From Trypanosoma brucei (lineage: Eukaryota): a stretch of 64,000 nucleotides of DNA. The position numbers and the translations under genes were made by a program. Shown piece by piece: positions 1-10,278 of the stretch. The stretch lies in contig AE017150.2 of NCBI GenBank assembly GCA_000002445.1, positions 640,001 through 704,000 of the forward strand, in the 5' to 3' direction. The notes beneath the pieces were generated by a model that was not told the DNA's origin, searched no databases, and was given only the letters and a program-made list of their open reading frames with translations. Position 1 is the first letter of the stretch, and each line of letters starts with the position of its first letter.

Positions 1-192
1 GGTAGCAAAGATGGTAAGTAACAAAAACAGCAACAATAAAAGTAACGATGCCGACCGCCTTCGACGTTATGAAATTGTGCCGAAAGTTACGAAGCAAATA
101 AGAGCATTGCGCCACAGTGGTTAAAAATAAGTGAAAAAAAAAGGAAGAAAGCAGAGATACGGTGCGAGCTGAATAAATATATTAATATATTA

Positions 193-211
193 ATATATAT
201 ATATATATATT
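193..211. repeat. (TA)n microsatellite
   Basis: atatatatatatatatat read directly. One of more than 20 (TA)n runs in the window (others include about 3121, 21207, 26112, 35476, 35874, 36082, 39455, 43156, 44481, 46660, 48696, 49857, 50556, 50581). Confidence 0.9.
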
Positions 212-893
212 AATTAACTATATGACGGTCCATTCGAGAAAAATATACTTTCCTATTGTATTTATTTAATACACATTGAGACGCAAATGTACCATTTCTG
301 TTATTTCTCTCCTTTCTTCTCTCAGTTTTTTAAAAATCCTGTCATTTTCTCCGTCCCCCTCCCCCCTCCTCTTCTTTTTTCCTTTCCGCACAGTAAACCT
401 TCACGATTTCAAATAAATTGTGCATGTCGAAAAAAAAAACCAGCAAAATATAAATGGAAATGGGGCCGCCCGTAGTGCTGAGTTTTCTATATGACACAAA
501 TGTTTCTTCCCCTCATTTCCATTAAAAAAAATTTTTTTCCCACCCTTCCCGCAAAGACTCGGCCCTCTCTCTTTTTCTTTTTCTCATTTATTCGAACTAT
601 TTCACATTTCCCTCCGGTTGCTCACTCGCTTGCACCATTCTAGTGATGACTGTTTATTTATTTATAATAATTTTTTTTTAATTACAAAAAAAAACATTTA
701 TTTATGTATATTTTAAAAAGGCTTTTGAAGGGGGCCGTCACAAATGATCAATGCAGTTTTCCCTTTTTTTTTAAAAAAAATCACTAAACAAAGGCAGAAA
801 AACATTATTTTTTTTTTCCCCACTCGGTCCAGTAACTCCTCAATAAAAGTTCAGACGGATGGGGGCACACACTTTTCAACCGAGGAAAGTGAG

Positions 894-916
894 TAGGGTT
901 GGGGTTAGGGTTAGGA
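894..916. repeat. interstitial telomere-like hexamer block (TAGGGTTGGGGTTAGGGTTAGGA)
   Basis: Two-and-a-half TTAGGG-type units read directly. Lies in a non-coding stretch downstream of TFIIS2-2. Confidence 0.7.
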
Positions 917-1497
917 GGAGACAACCAAAAACAAAACTAAACAGGACAAAGGATCTTACAACTGAAAAAGAATAATACAAAACAAAACAATAACCGTGGC
1001 AAAAAGAATTATCCAAAACCTACAAGCACATAATTGTGAAGGACAGGGGGAAAAAAAAAGGAAACAAACGAACAAAGACAAAGCACAGAAAAGGCTCACA
1101 TTTGTTTCCCCCCTCCCTCATATCGGTCAAAGAATCGTTTCCATCTATTCGGCGACACCTTTCCTCCCAAACAGGTTGCGCCCCCTTTTTTTTTTCTTCC
1201 CCCCCTCCGCCCCCCTTTTTTTTTAAATACTTTCCCCTCCCCCGGAGTACAAAGCTGTTTTCACATTTTGCAATCTCCTTGTCTTCTTTTTTCTCGTTTT
1301 CGTAGATTTTACCTATTAAATTCACGAGTATTCGCACCTTTTTTTCTTTTCTTTTCTTTCCCCTCCCCTCTGCTCCGTGCCCCACCACCAATTTTGTGTT
1401 TGTTGTAACCATTTTAAATACAAGGTCCATATGGAACTGATTATGGCGAAGCGTCACATGATTAACATAACATTAATATGGCGACCTCCATCGGCAA

Positions 1498-2901
1498 CTA
1501 ATTCTCTGACCAATTATGTTTGCACTTAATGCACTTAATAAATTTAGTTGTCGGTTCATCCGCTGACCGGATCTGTAGTTCTCTCCATTCACATTCCCTT
1601 CCGTGACACTCCGGGCATTCAAAAAGTGAGGTGGTATGCAACAGCGACCGCTCGGTTTCTTCCAAGTTTCTTAGTTTCTCCGTAGTTCGGCGCTCTGCGT
1701 CCTCTTTTTCCTCTTGCGTCATTAGTTCCCAGCGACTGAGTTCGAGAAAATCCTTTCCACTCAGCTCCCCCATCGCCAGCCTGCGCCGTATTTCTGATAA
1801 CCCCGGTTTACTCAAATGCTCCAAAAGATACATGCGGTCCTCCGATCTTGTTACCTCAGCGCATATTTTTTCCGCTACAGATCTGAGATCATCACTTCTA
1901 ACACTAAAACTATGCGGATCCCCCGGTTGGAGAAGCAGCTTCTGCACCCGGTCAACAAACTGTGGTTGTGCCCCTCCTCCAATAGTAATTGGGTTGCCCA
2001 CGCTTTCACTTGTTGACGGTGTTGCCACATCCCGTTCCTCCCTCGTTTGTGAACTGGAAATGGTTCCCCGTCTTTTGTTATGGCGTGCACCGCCGCTCCG
2101 CGCCGTCCCCCCTCTTTTTTTGGCTTCCTGCTCGTACTTGTTGTACTCTTCAATTGCTCTCACAGTTTCCTCCGGTAGTTTGGCTGTCCAAGCGGAGATG
2201 ATACAAGTAGCCAGGCTCCTTTGTTCTTCTAGATCCTTTTTTGACAAGGCCCTTGAAACCGACACACCAATTTTTGTGCGCAAAAGCTGCCGGAGTGTAA
2301 CACTGACGCTCGCAAGTTTCAGAAGCGTGCTGGTAAGCAGAGCCCCGTCGCAGTTATCAGTGGCTTCATCAATATCTTTTTTCCATTGCACCAGTGCGTC
2401 GTCCGATGCGGGGGATAAGTGAGAGCCGGTACTCCTCTGTCGCATCCGGCTCACCTCACGGCTGCGTTTGCCCCCTGCAGTTTGCTGAGTGGCATTGTTA
2501 AGCGAACCCGCTCGCCCGCTTGTCGAAAACGCCCTCTGTGATGTTCCCCTCGGCGCCGTATTTTTTGAATGAGTCGGCTCAAATCGCAATGCGTTGGACT
2601 CCTTGTCCTCCTCTGCGTTACGAATAGCTTGCAGAAGATCCTCATTGGCGGTGACGGCTTTCTCAGATGAGGGCTCAAAAAATGTAATGGCGGAGGAGTG
2701 GCTGTCAACATTTTTATAGGTGGCCTTATTTTGGGTTCCTGGATACGTGAGAACGGTAACCGTAGATGTGCCAGTTTCTGACGACCTTCCGTCAACTCCC
2801 TCCACACCGGTAACTGAAGTGACTTTTGCCGGCCACCACGTGTTAGCTCCAGTCTTTAGCCAGACACGGTCGTTAATATGAAATACTCTTTCTTGAAGCA
2901 T
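1498..2901 (-). CDS. TFIIS2-2: TFIIS-type transcription elongation factor with N-terminal PWWP domain
   Basis: 467-aa ORF. N-terminus carries a PWWP-type motif (RVWLKTGANTWWPAKV). C-terminus is a canonical TFIIS zinc ribbon, CPECHGRECEWRELQIRSADEPTTKFIKCIKCKHNW (CxxC...RSADE...CxxC). The architecture matches the PWWP-containing TFIIS paralogue reported for T. brucei; the gene symbol comes from recalled literature, not a search. Confidence 0.75.
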   Translation of the reverse strand: MLQERVFHINDRVWLKTGANTWWPAKVTSVTGVEGVDGRSSETGTSTVTVLTYPGTQNKATYKNVDSHSSAITFFEPSSEKAVTANEDLLQAIRNAEEDKESNALRFEPTHSKNTAPRGTSQRAFSTSGRAGSLNNATQQTAGGKRSREVSRMRQRSTGSHLSPASDDALVQWKKDIDEATDNCDGALLTSTLLKLASVSVTLRQLLRTKIGVSVSRALSKKDLEEQRSLATCIISAWTAKLPEETVRAIEEYNKYEQEAKKRGGTARSGGARHNKRRGTISSSQTREERDVATPSTSESVGNPITIGGGAQPQFVDRVQKLLLQPGDPHSFSVRSDDLRSVAEKICAEVTRSEDRMYLLEHLSKPGLSEIRRRLAMGELSGKDFLELSRWELMTQEEKEDAERRTTEKLRNLEETERSLLHTTSLFECPECHGRECEWRELQIRSADEPTTKFIKCIKCKHNWSEN

Positions 2902-3242
2902 CTTCTCCCCACAGTTTCCTTAGGCAAATAATGCTGTAAGTTTAAAGGAGTTTTTGCTTTCCTCCACCCTTTCTTTTCTTTCTTTCTCTCTCTTTCTTTC
3001 TATAAATAAATAAGGAAGTACCTTCCTCCCCGTTTGTTCTCCTTCTTGGCGAAAACCCCTCCCCCCACCGTGTGTATCGCAGCTCGGCGAATGGGTAAGT
3101 TCGGCGGCCTTTTTTTTTTAAAAAAACTATATATATATATATAGTTATGTATCGCTCGCCTTTCTCGCTTTCGCTTATATTCCACTAACCGCCTGATTGT
3201 TGTCGCCGCCTTTACTTGCCTTTTTTTTCTGGTTAACTGTGA

Positions 3243-3312
3243 CACGGAAGTGCGGAAAACATTAAAGGAAAAGAAAAAAGAGAGGAAGAAAAAAAAAAAG
3301 AGAAGAGAAACA
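3243..3312 (-). promoter_or_regulatory. polypyrimidine tract (coding strand), candidate trans-splice acceptor/polyadenylation signal upstream of the TFIIS2-2 CDS
   Basis: Plus strand is almost pure purine (aaaggaaaagaaaaaagagaggaagaaaaaaaaaaagagaagagaaa), i.e. polyY on the minus strand. AG dinucleotides follow in the transcript direction, about 330 nt upstream of the ATG. Confidence 0.4.
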
Positions 3313-5132
3313 CATGCTTGAAAATCATGTAGTTGTCCACTTGCTTACTTTTTTTTCTTTATTCTTCTAGTTTGCATACTCTGTTCATCTCACTTCGCGT
3401 CTGCAACGTGGTTTTACATCGTTAGAATTCTCCACTTTGTTGTTTTTTGCTTTTTTATTTTATTTTAAAATCCCCTCTTCCCCCTTTAACGACTACTTAA
3501 CACCTTATTTGAATATGATAATGTACAACTCCTCGCAGGTTCTCCTCCCTTCTGTGAAGAACAACATTCTGATGTTTCCCTCACCAATGTAGTTTACTTG
3601 GACTAGACTTGCTCTTAATTGAATGGTCACAAATGTAAGCCGAATAAAACAAGATATCTGGAATATGCGGCACGCCAATAACAGTCAAAAAAAAAAAAGA
3701 AAACTCGCGTGCAACGGGAGATCAACGGAGTCATTGCCACGCATGTCAAACGACCGTTTTGTTTTGCGTTTTTTTTTCTTTTACTAAACTGACTTTATTT
3801 TTTTTCTTCTTGGTTTTCCTCTTCTTCAATCTCTCCCCCCATCAAAATAGAACACTCACTTATGTCCCTTATTTTGAAATCATCCCTATGCCGTCTATTT
3901 ATATCCGCTCTGTCATTTAGATAGATGTGCGTTATCCTTTAATTGAAGTTGTGAGGGGTTTATCATTTGGCTTGAAATAATAACTTCTTGCTGATTCATG
4001 AGGGCATTAGGCGTTGTTTTTCTGAGACACACAGTTATGAAGTGTAAATACAAAAAAAAAGGGGGGGAGGAAGGGGGAAGGGGGAAGAGATAAATACGGA
4101 TGCAAATGCACTGCGACCATATGATACGATGGAAACAAAATACCCGAAAACATAATCATAAATATACATATACATATACATACGCACACTGGCACTTGGC
4201 GCAGCACAATCACCTTTCCTGAGAATCTCAGTTGTGCTTGAGCGTGTTTATCACGGCAGTTTGCGTCACTGTCCCGGTGGGTTCTCTCTTTCCTACCTTG
4301 TTATGATCTCACCCTCCCTCTTTTTTTTAAAAAAAATTATTATTTTTCTACACTTCATCATTCTGATTCGGTCACTGTGAGAAAATATTCATGTTGTCAT
4401 TTCAGCCTTCTGTTTCCTTATATGGAAGTCGCAGTAAACTATAGGCGTTGATCGGGGTTGAGAGCGCGCGGAAAGACGAGGGAGGGAACATTATTTGTGT
4501 GAGAACTGGTGGAAGGAAAAGACAAATAAAAAAAAAAGAAGACATAGAAGTGAGCTCAAAGCGGAAGCGGATCAAAGACATAGAAAGACATACAAAGACA
4601 GTATGGTGATCATCTTCACAAGCCCAACTCTGGAAGGTTCCACTCAACCACGACAGGAAGATGCAAAACCATTTGGTTTCTCAGTGCATGTGCGAGGCGA
4701 GGTTACGGAGCCAACAGATGCAACAAATAACTTCACTTCACTTTTCTTCTTTTTGCACGTTCCCTTTCCATTTACTTGTGTGTGTGTGTGTTTTTTTTTT
4801 TATAAATTTTAAACTTCACCACTCCCTACTGTCACATCTTCAACGGCCTTTCCCATTCCCTTAACGCGTTCTAAAACCTGGTGAAATCATCCAATCGAGA
4901 GATCGCCTCAGCCTAACACACCAATTTCATACGCCTTCATCGGTACCTAAAAATGCGCTAACCGCATAAACGCTCACCCTCTTCACACAAGCGCACACAA
5001 AATAATAATAATAATATGAAATAATTCATCAACCGTTGCGGTGCTTGTCATTACAGATGTTTCTGCTGCACGTCAAGGTCACTTCACCAACAAAACGTCA
5101 ACAGCAACATAACCAAATGCATGATCGAGTGT

Positions 5133-5153
5133 CAATCAATCAATCAATCAATC
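5133..5153. repeat. (CAAT)5 tetranucleotide repeat
   Basis: caatcaatcaatcaatcaatc read directly, immediately downstream (3') of the 144-aa ORF. Confidence 0.9.
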
Positions 5154-5154
5154 G

Positions 5155-5589
5155 CTAGTAGTTGGGATTTACCTTCGTTACCAGTGCTTCCACTAGTGGA
5201 GAATCCGGGTCGATTGGTGGAAAAATACTTTGCCTTCCCAACACTGTTCCAATGAGGAAAAGTACCACCAACTTCGTGAGGAAGCGAAGGTCCCAAATTA
5301 AATTCACTTTTGTGTACTGCGCGAAGTACTCGCCGGAGGTAATGTAGTGGCATTCGTCAAAGAAACGCACCACACGGTAGTGGAAAAGTTGTCTCTGTTC
5401 AGCCAAGTACCGTTTCGTACTGCTCACCGCTGCGTCAGTTCCGTTGGCGTTGTGTTCGCTGATGGTCTTTTGAATTCCCGCGTCTGTTAGTGCGGCAAGT
5501 TTCTTTGCAGAACGCGCTTGAACCTTACTGGCCGCATTGCATAACGGCGTCATGATCTTACAGGCAACGGCGCACTTCGTGGAAGACAT
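5155..5589 (-). CDS. hypothetical small protein (144 aa) with C-terminal hydrophobic segment; possible tail-anchored membrane protein
   Basis: ORF co-oriented with the polycistron. Non-repetitive composition. Single hydrophobic stretch LTKLVVLFLIGTVLG near the C-terminus. No recognisable catalytic motif. Confidence 0.4.
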   Translation of the reverse strand: MSSTKCAVACKIMTPLCNAASKVQARSAKKLAALTDAGIQKTISEHNANGTDAAVSSTKRYLAEQRQLFHYRVVRFFDECHYITSGEYFAQYTKVNLIWDLRFLTKLVVLFLIGTVLGRQSIFPPIDPDSPLVEALVTKVNPNY

Positions 5590-6501
5590 AACTTATGAGA
5601 GTCGTTCAGCTCACACAATTGCTTCTCTGCTTACTTTTTTTTTTTTGGGGGGTGCGCTCTCTTTCCATGTATGTATACATATATATATATTTTAGAGGGA
5701 GGCCGTGGGGAAGGGAGGGAAAAATTGTTAGAATAAAGCAGGGAATATGACAGCAGTGAGAAGAGGCGAAGCAGCACAGAATTTATATATGCCAGTGTTG
5801 TAAGTGGTTTTACTGTCGTCTCTCTACCAGTGTCGCCGCAGCACGTGGGGATTTAGACGGTTTGGGTAGAAGTAATAACACTGAGACAACGGAGAAGAAC
5901 TTTGACTTAGCAGCGCTTCTGTTTTTTTTTCTTTTCTTTCGCTGTTGCATGTTTTGAGTGTATTCACACTCTTGTATGATTGCCGTTGCCGCTTGCCAGT
6001 TCTATAGAAAAACTCCCCCCACCATTTGTACTAAAATTAGCTGCTCTTTTCTTTCTTTTTAAAAAATTTGAAAGAGCGCTCATATGGTAGGGATGTTGTG
6101 AATGCAGAGATATCCAACGACAACATAATCATCATCCTCTTTTTTACTTACCCCAAATAAGAATTTTTATGGTAAAAATGCGTATAAACTCGGTAAGAGT
6201 AGGACTAAACACAAGGGGCCAAAAAAGTGGTATACTTCAAACGACCACATGTCAGGACGACGCTGACGGCACATTGAATCAGAAAGGGATGTACGCAAAA
6301 CAAACATACTTTTCGCATTTAAATAATAAAAATTCCTTTCCCTTTCTCTTTTCTTCTTTTTTCTTTGATTTTCGTTTTTAACAACAAAAATGTGACTCCG
6401 TTTTGCGGATTCACTCATTTCCTCGTCCGTTTGAGCTACCTCTTCTTCTTTCCGTTACTAAACATACCATTTTATGAAAGTGCACAGCACATGACGAAGC
6501 A

Positions 6502-8919
6502 CTACGTTTCTTTATGTTTCAACCTCTTCGCCAAGAGTGACCCTTCCCGAGGGCCAATGAGATTAGTCACCGTTCCAATGCCTTTTGTCCGTCCCTCTCT
6601 GAAAATAAGCTGTTGCCCAACTTTCATGAACTCCGGTCGGTATAAGAAGTGAAATCGCACAAGTGACCGGTCACCTGTGCGCAGAACCTCTTTTTCCACA
6701 AATACAATTCGTGCTGATTGCCGCACTGTGGTGGAATGAATGACTGGCTCATAGTTCACAAGGATGGTGGTAGAATGATAGAGAATAACAACATCGGCCT
6801 CAAACTGCCAGTACGCCTCTACTGGATGCTTAGGATCTGTGAGTATATTTCCCTTGCGGATTCCCCGACGCTTCTCCTTCTTGAGGCAAAAGGATGCATC
6901 GCAACCGGCTACTGCACGCTGCTGCTCCACTCCCTTAACGTGGATTGATTTAATTTGTACGGTACGGAATCCACCACTGGCATCTGGCCCTAATAGCACA
7001 GCATCATTGACATTAAAGACACCCTGCGTGACGATTCCACCTACAACTGTTCCCACGCCCGCCACAAAAAATGTGCTGTCGATCACCATCTCACGTGGGA
7101 GCTGGCGAGCGTTACGCCAATCCTTCCGCATTGGTAAAAGGTTTAAAAATCGCACTAATGATTGTAGACCCTCGCCACTGACGTTGCTAATTTCAAAGAT
7201 GGGCGTGATGCGGTCGTTTCGAAGATTCTTAGCGGAAAGCACTACGTCATCTACACGACGCACGGGGTACGGCAGCTTTCTGACAGTGGGGACCTTGAGC
7301 AATTTGTGAACACTGGCAAGCGTCTCCTGCCGGATGTTTTCCGGTGTGGAGTCTATACGCGTGATAACGACAAAGAAAGGAATCTTCAAAGCAAGGCATA
7401 AAGCTACGTGCTCCTTTGTCATACGTTGGATACCGTTATTGGCGCTGATGACGACACAGGCATAATCGGGAATGTTACGCGTCATGCCAAGAACGGTCGT
7501 TTTCAAGTACCGCTCGTGTCCAGCGAGGTCATAAAGAGTAAGGACTTTTGAACTCTTTGCCGCAACCTCCTGCCCGAGCTGGTGTGAGTTAATGGTAACA
7601 GGTTTATTACCAATAGGACCATCACCACCACCACCACCACCGCCGCCGTCATTGGGAGTCTCCTCACCAAGACTTACACCGCCTAGAGAGTGCTTAGCAC
7701 CTGCAACCACGTAATTCACCACTTCACCTGCTTCCGAGAAGCCCAAGTGGTTTTCACTCACGCTAGAAGTACGACCCGTCGCGGCCTCGTGCTTGTGTTT
7801 GAAAACAAACGCCCGCGCAGACCCACGACCATTATCGCGACAACCACGTGTCAGTACCGAAGTAAGCGTAGATTTACCGCTATCGACATTCCCACACATC
7901 GCAATACGCATTTCAATATGCTGCTCAACGGATGCACCCTGGCGCACCAGAAACTCCTGCGCAAATACCTTTGTTTTGGTGCCACTGTTACTTGTTTGCA
8001 CTTCACGGGGTTCAGCTAATACGGGTGAGCAACCAACTCCAATACGTGCCGCAGAAGCCTTGAGCTCCCAAACGCGCTTCTGAAATTCTTCCATAGTTGT
8101 TCCCGATATGACAATGAAGCACTCACCTTGTCCTTCCTCCACACGTCCGGCGACAGCGGAGTCACTCAGATCTTCCACACCAATAACATTATTACCGCTC
8201 CCACCATCACCGGTACCATTCTGTGAACCCTTCTCTTTTTGAGTTACAGTAACTTTGTCTACCCTTCGGGATGCGGCTGCGTCAATACGAGTGGGATCGA
8301 CGTGCTCCGATGGGCCGCAAGCTGACTGCAATTTCTTGCGGAGGCTGCACACTACAGCATCAAGAGTTTCTACGAGTTTTTCATTACTCTTCTTGGCGTT
8401 CAACGCTTGAAGAACAATATGAACATTTGAACCTATCAGAGAAGGCAGCTTTTGCTTGCCGTCACTCCCGCTATTGTTAGCCTTATCCGCATTTACCTGA
8501 GGATCACTAGCTTGTTTGTTTGTTTCATCTGCCAACTCCCGGAGCCGAGCAAATTCCGCTTTCGCTGACTCACTCTGGCCGTCCCAAAACAGTGCTACAA
8601 CAAGAACTCGCATGGACGTCATCGGAACGCCATGTTTGCCGCTGTGATGAAACTCATTCAACACCCTGGTCAGGGCGTTTTGAAAGCATCCATTTCCCTC
8701 ACTCCCTCCAGATGCGGCGCGTCCGTTGCTGTTGCTGTTGTTGTTGTTGCTGCTGCTTTTACCACAGGCTTCACTGACGTTATAAAGCATTGCGTGCACC
8801 ACTGGGGGCATGAGATGCTTCTCCGCAACTTCCTTCAACCACTGCCCAACCGTCATGGCTTCAGGCTCCGATAGCACGAGGAAGAGAGCGGCTTCCCTGT
8901 CATGTGATCCGTCAGCCAT
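6502..8919 (-). CDS. GTPBP1-family translational-type GTPase
   Basis: G1 motif GNVDSGKSTL, G3 motif DLAGHERYLKTT and a degenerate G4 ITRID. Followed by EF-Tu-like beta-barrel domains. The DLAGHExYLKTT / TKID pattern is the GTPBP1 signature. Carries poly-Gly (GGGGGGGGDG) and poly-Asn/Ser (SSSNNNNSNSNG) inserts encoded by trinucleotide repeats. Confidence 0.7.
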   Translation of the reverse strand: MADGSHDREAALFLVLSEPEAMTVGQWLKEVAEKHLMPPVVHAMLYNVSEACGKSSSNNNNSNSNGRAASGGSEGNGCFQNALTRVLNEFHHSGKHGVPMTSMRVLVVALFWDGQSESAKAEFARLRELADETNKQASDPQVNADKANNSGSDGKQKLPSLIGSNVHIVLQALNAKKSNEKLVETLDAVVCSLRKKLQSACGPSEHVDPTRIDAAASRRVDKVTVTQKEKGSQNGTGDGGSGNNVIGVEDLSDSAVAGRVEEGQGECFIVISGTTMEEFQKRVWELKASAARIGVGCSPVLAEPREVQTSNSGTKTKVFAQEFLVRQGASVEQHIEMRIAMCGNVDSGKSTLTSVLTRGCRDNGRGSARAFVFKHKHEAATGRTSSVSENHLGFSEAGEVVNYVVAGAKHSLGGVSLGEETPNDGGGGGGGGDGPIGNKPVTINSHQLGQEVAAKSSKVLTLYDLAGHERYLKTTVLGMTRNIPDYACVVISANNGIQRMTKEHVALCLALKIPFFVVITRIDSTPENIRQETLASVHKLLKVPTVRKLPYPVRRVDDVVLSAKNLRNDRITPIFEISNVSGEGLQSLVRFLNLLPMRKDWRNARQLPREMVIDSTFFVAGVGTVVGGIVTQGVFNVNDAVLLGPDASGGFRTVQIKSIHVKGVEQQRAVAGCDASFCLKKEKRRGIRKGNILTDPKHPVEAYWQFEADVVILYHSTTILVNYEPVIHSTTVRQSARIVFVEKEVLRTGDRSLVRFHFLYRPEFMKVGQQLIFREGRTKGIGTVTNLIGPREGSLLAKRLKHKET

Positions 8920-9369
8920 GGGCAGTGCGAGTCAAATGCACTGGTCTCTTTCCCTTCGCTAGACAGTGGGATGAGAGGAGAGTTATACACACTCTAACAA
9001 GAGAAGAAAATAAAACAAAAGGTGGATTTCCTCACTTTACTCTTTTCTTTTTTTTTTATTATTTATTTCTTCAGGTTTTATTTCTTGAGGTTCCTCTCCT
9101 CCACGTTTCCGCCTCCGGAAGAAACTGCCAGCTTGATAACTGAAGTTGTGAGAGAGTCAGAGGAAGAAATGGAGTACAAATGTGCGACAGCGAGTTACAT
9201 AAAACGGTAGCAGGGAATGTGTCACCAAACGATGAGTTACATAAAGAAATAAAGAGGGTGTGAGTGAAAGTCGTAGACTGGAAGAAAAATAAAATAAAAT
9301 AAAAATACGCCACTGCGCGGCCACTTGATGATGAGGGACCACCTCCACTAGCGGTTTCATAACATCGAA

Positions 9370-9480
9370 CCCAAATGGGAAAGAAGAGAATAGGCAAATG
9401 CGAAGGGAGGATGCTGCTAATATCAACAGAAAGGAGGAGGAGAAAGAGGGAATGGGATAAAGGTTTGTATAGTGAAGGAA
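9370..9480 (-). promoter_or_regulatory. polypyrimidine tract region (coding strand) between BEACH gene 3' end and GTPBP1-like gene start; candidate coupled polyadenylation/trans-splicing signal
   Basis: Plus strand is purine-rich (gggaaagaagagaataggcaaatgcgaagggaggatgctgctaatatcaacagaaaggaggaggagaaagagggaatgggataaagg). Located in a 1.36 kb intergenic region. Confidence 0.35.
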
Positions 9481-10278
9481 AGTGGTTGCGTAAGGTCGCA
9501 CAATATAATATACGGATGTATATTTAGATGTATACATCTGTGTCTGGCATTCAGTTGAGTACACACACACAAACGAAAACAAAAAACGGTGTGTGCGACA
9601 GCATGTTCCCCATTACTTTCTCTCTTTTTTTCCTTGTCGAATGGGTAGAAGTGAAAAGTTTTAGGAAAAGAAAAAAAGAAGATGGGTAAATGCTTACAAC
9701 GGGAAGCAGTTTTTTTTCTTTTGTATCGTGTTTATTTCCACTTCTCAACTGCCTGTTTAACCCATTCACGAGCGAAGGGGGGGGTGGAAAATTGGAAAAT
9801 AATTGAACAAACGACACATTTTGATAACACCATTTCCCTCGAGTGGTTCATCACAGCCAACAGCTGTACACATATCCCGTGCCCACATGCATGTCTCAAA
9901 GGGTAATACGATGCAAAAGCGAGAAAAATAGCAACGCCACAGAAAATAAAAAAGGAGGAAAACCCCTAATTGGAAGGGAAATAGATGGAACCAATGAAAC
10001 AACAAACAAATAACGAAATTCCCCTTCCACTCTCCTTATTTTCACTGAAGAGGTGCTAGTACAGTTGCCCACGTTATTCTTCATTTTCGCTGCAATCATC
10101 CCAGCATGTACTCCTCGCTAATGTGTGCTCGAAACTCATCTTTTTTTCAACGAACAAACAAACAACAACAACAACAAACACAAACACAAGCACAAGCAAA
10201 CAAACAATTCCCACCCACTTGAGCCCCAGGGGGCCGCCCTATCCTATCCTATCTGTTCTTGCATCCACGCTTTTCCTA

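Noticed and set aside
11-22. ATGGTAAGTAAC resembling a GT-AG intron 5' splice site, suggesting a spliced gene at the window edge.
   Set aside because: Cis-splicing is extremely rare in kinetoplastids. No ORF on either side supports an exon, so it is most likely a chance consensus match.
894-916. Telomere or subtelomere call for the window start.
   Set aside because: Only about 2.5 hexamers are present, with no extended TTAGGG array and no subtelomeric repeat families, and the flanking genes are housekeeping. Recorded as a short interstitial motif only.
1631-2422. Plus-strand ORFs of 100-260 aa overlapping the large minus-strand genes. Examples: 1631-2422, 6839-7309, 15156-15545, 19685-20152, 33453-34004, 34890-35405, 38134-38646, 47232-47717, 57519-58016, 63061-63585.
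   Set aside because: Each is fully antisense to, or out of frame within, a much longer minus-strand ORF that has clear domain signatures. Their compositions are Ser/Arg/Leu-rich in the way typical of shadow ORFs. Kinetoplastid polycistrons are strand-coherent.
2451-2807. 118-aa minus-strand ORF nested in another frame within TFIIS2-2. Similar nested same-strand ORFs occur at 51651-51962 and 52119-52559 within KAS, and at 58977-59441.
   Set aside because: They are alternative-frame ORFs inside longer, domain-supported CDSs, with Arg/Pro-rich junk composition.
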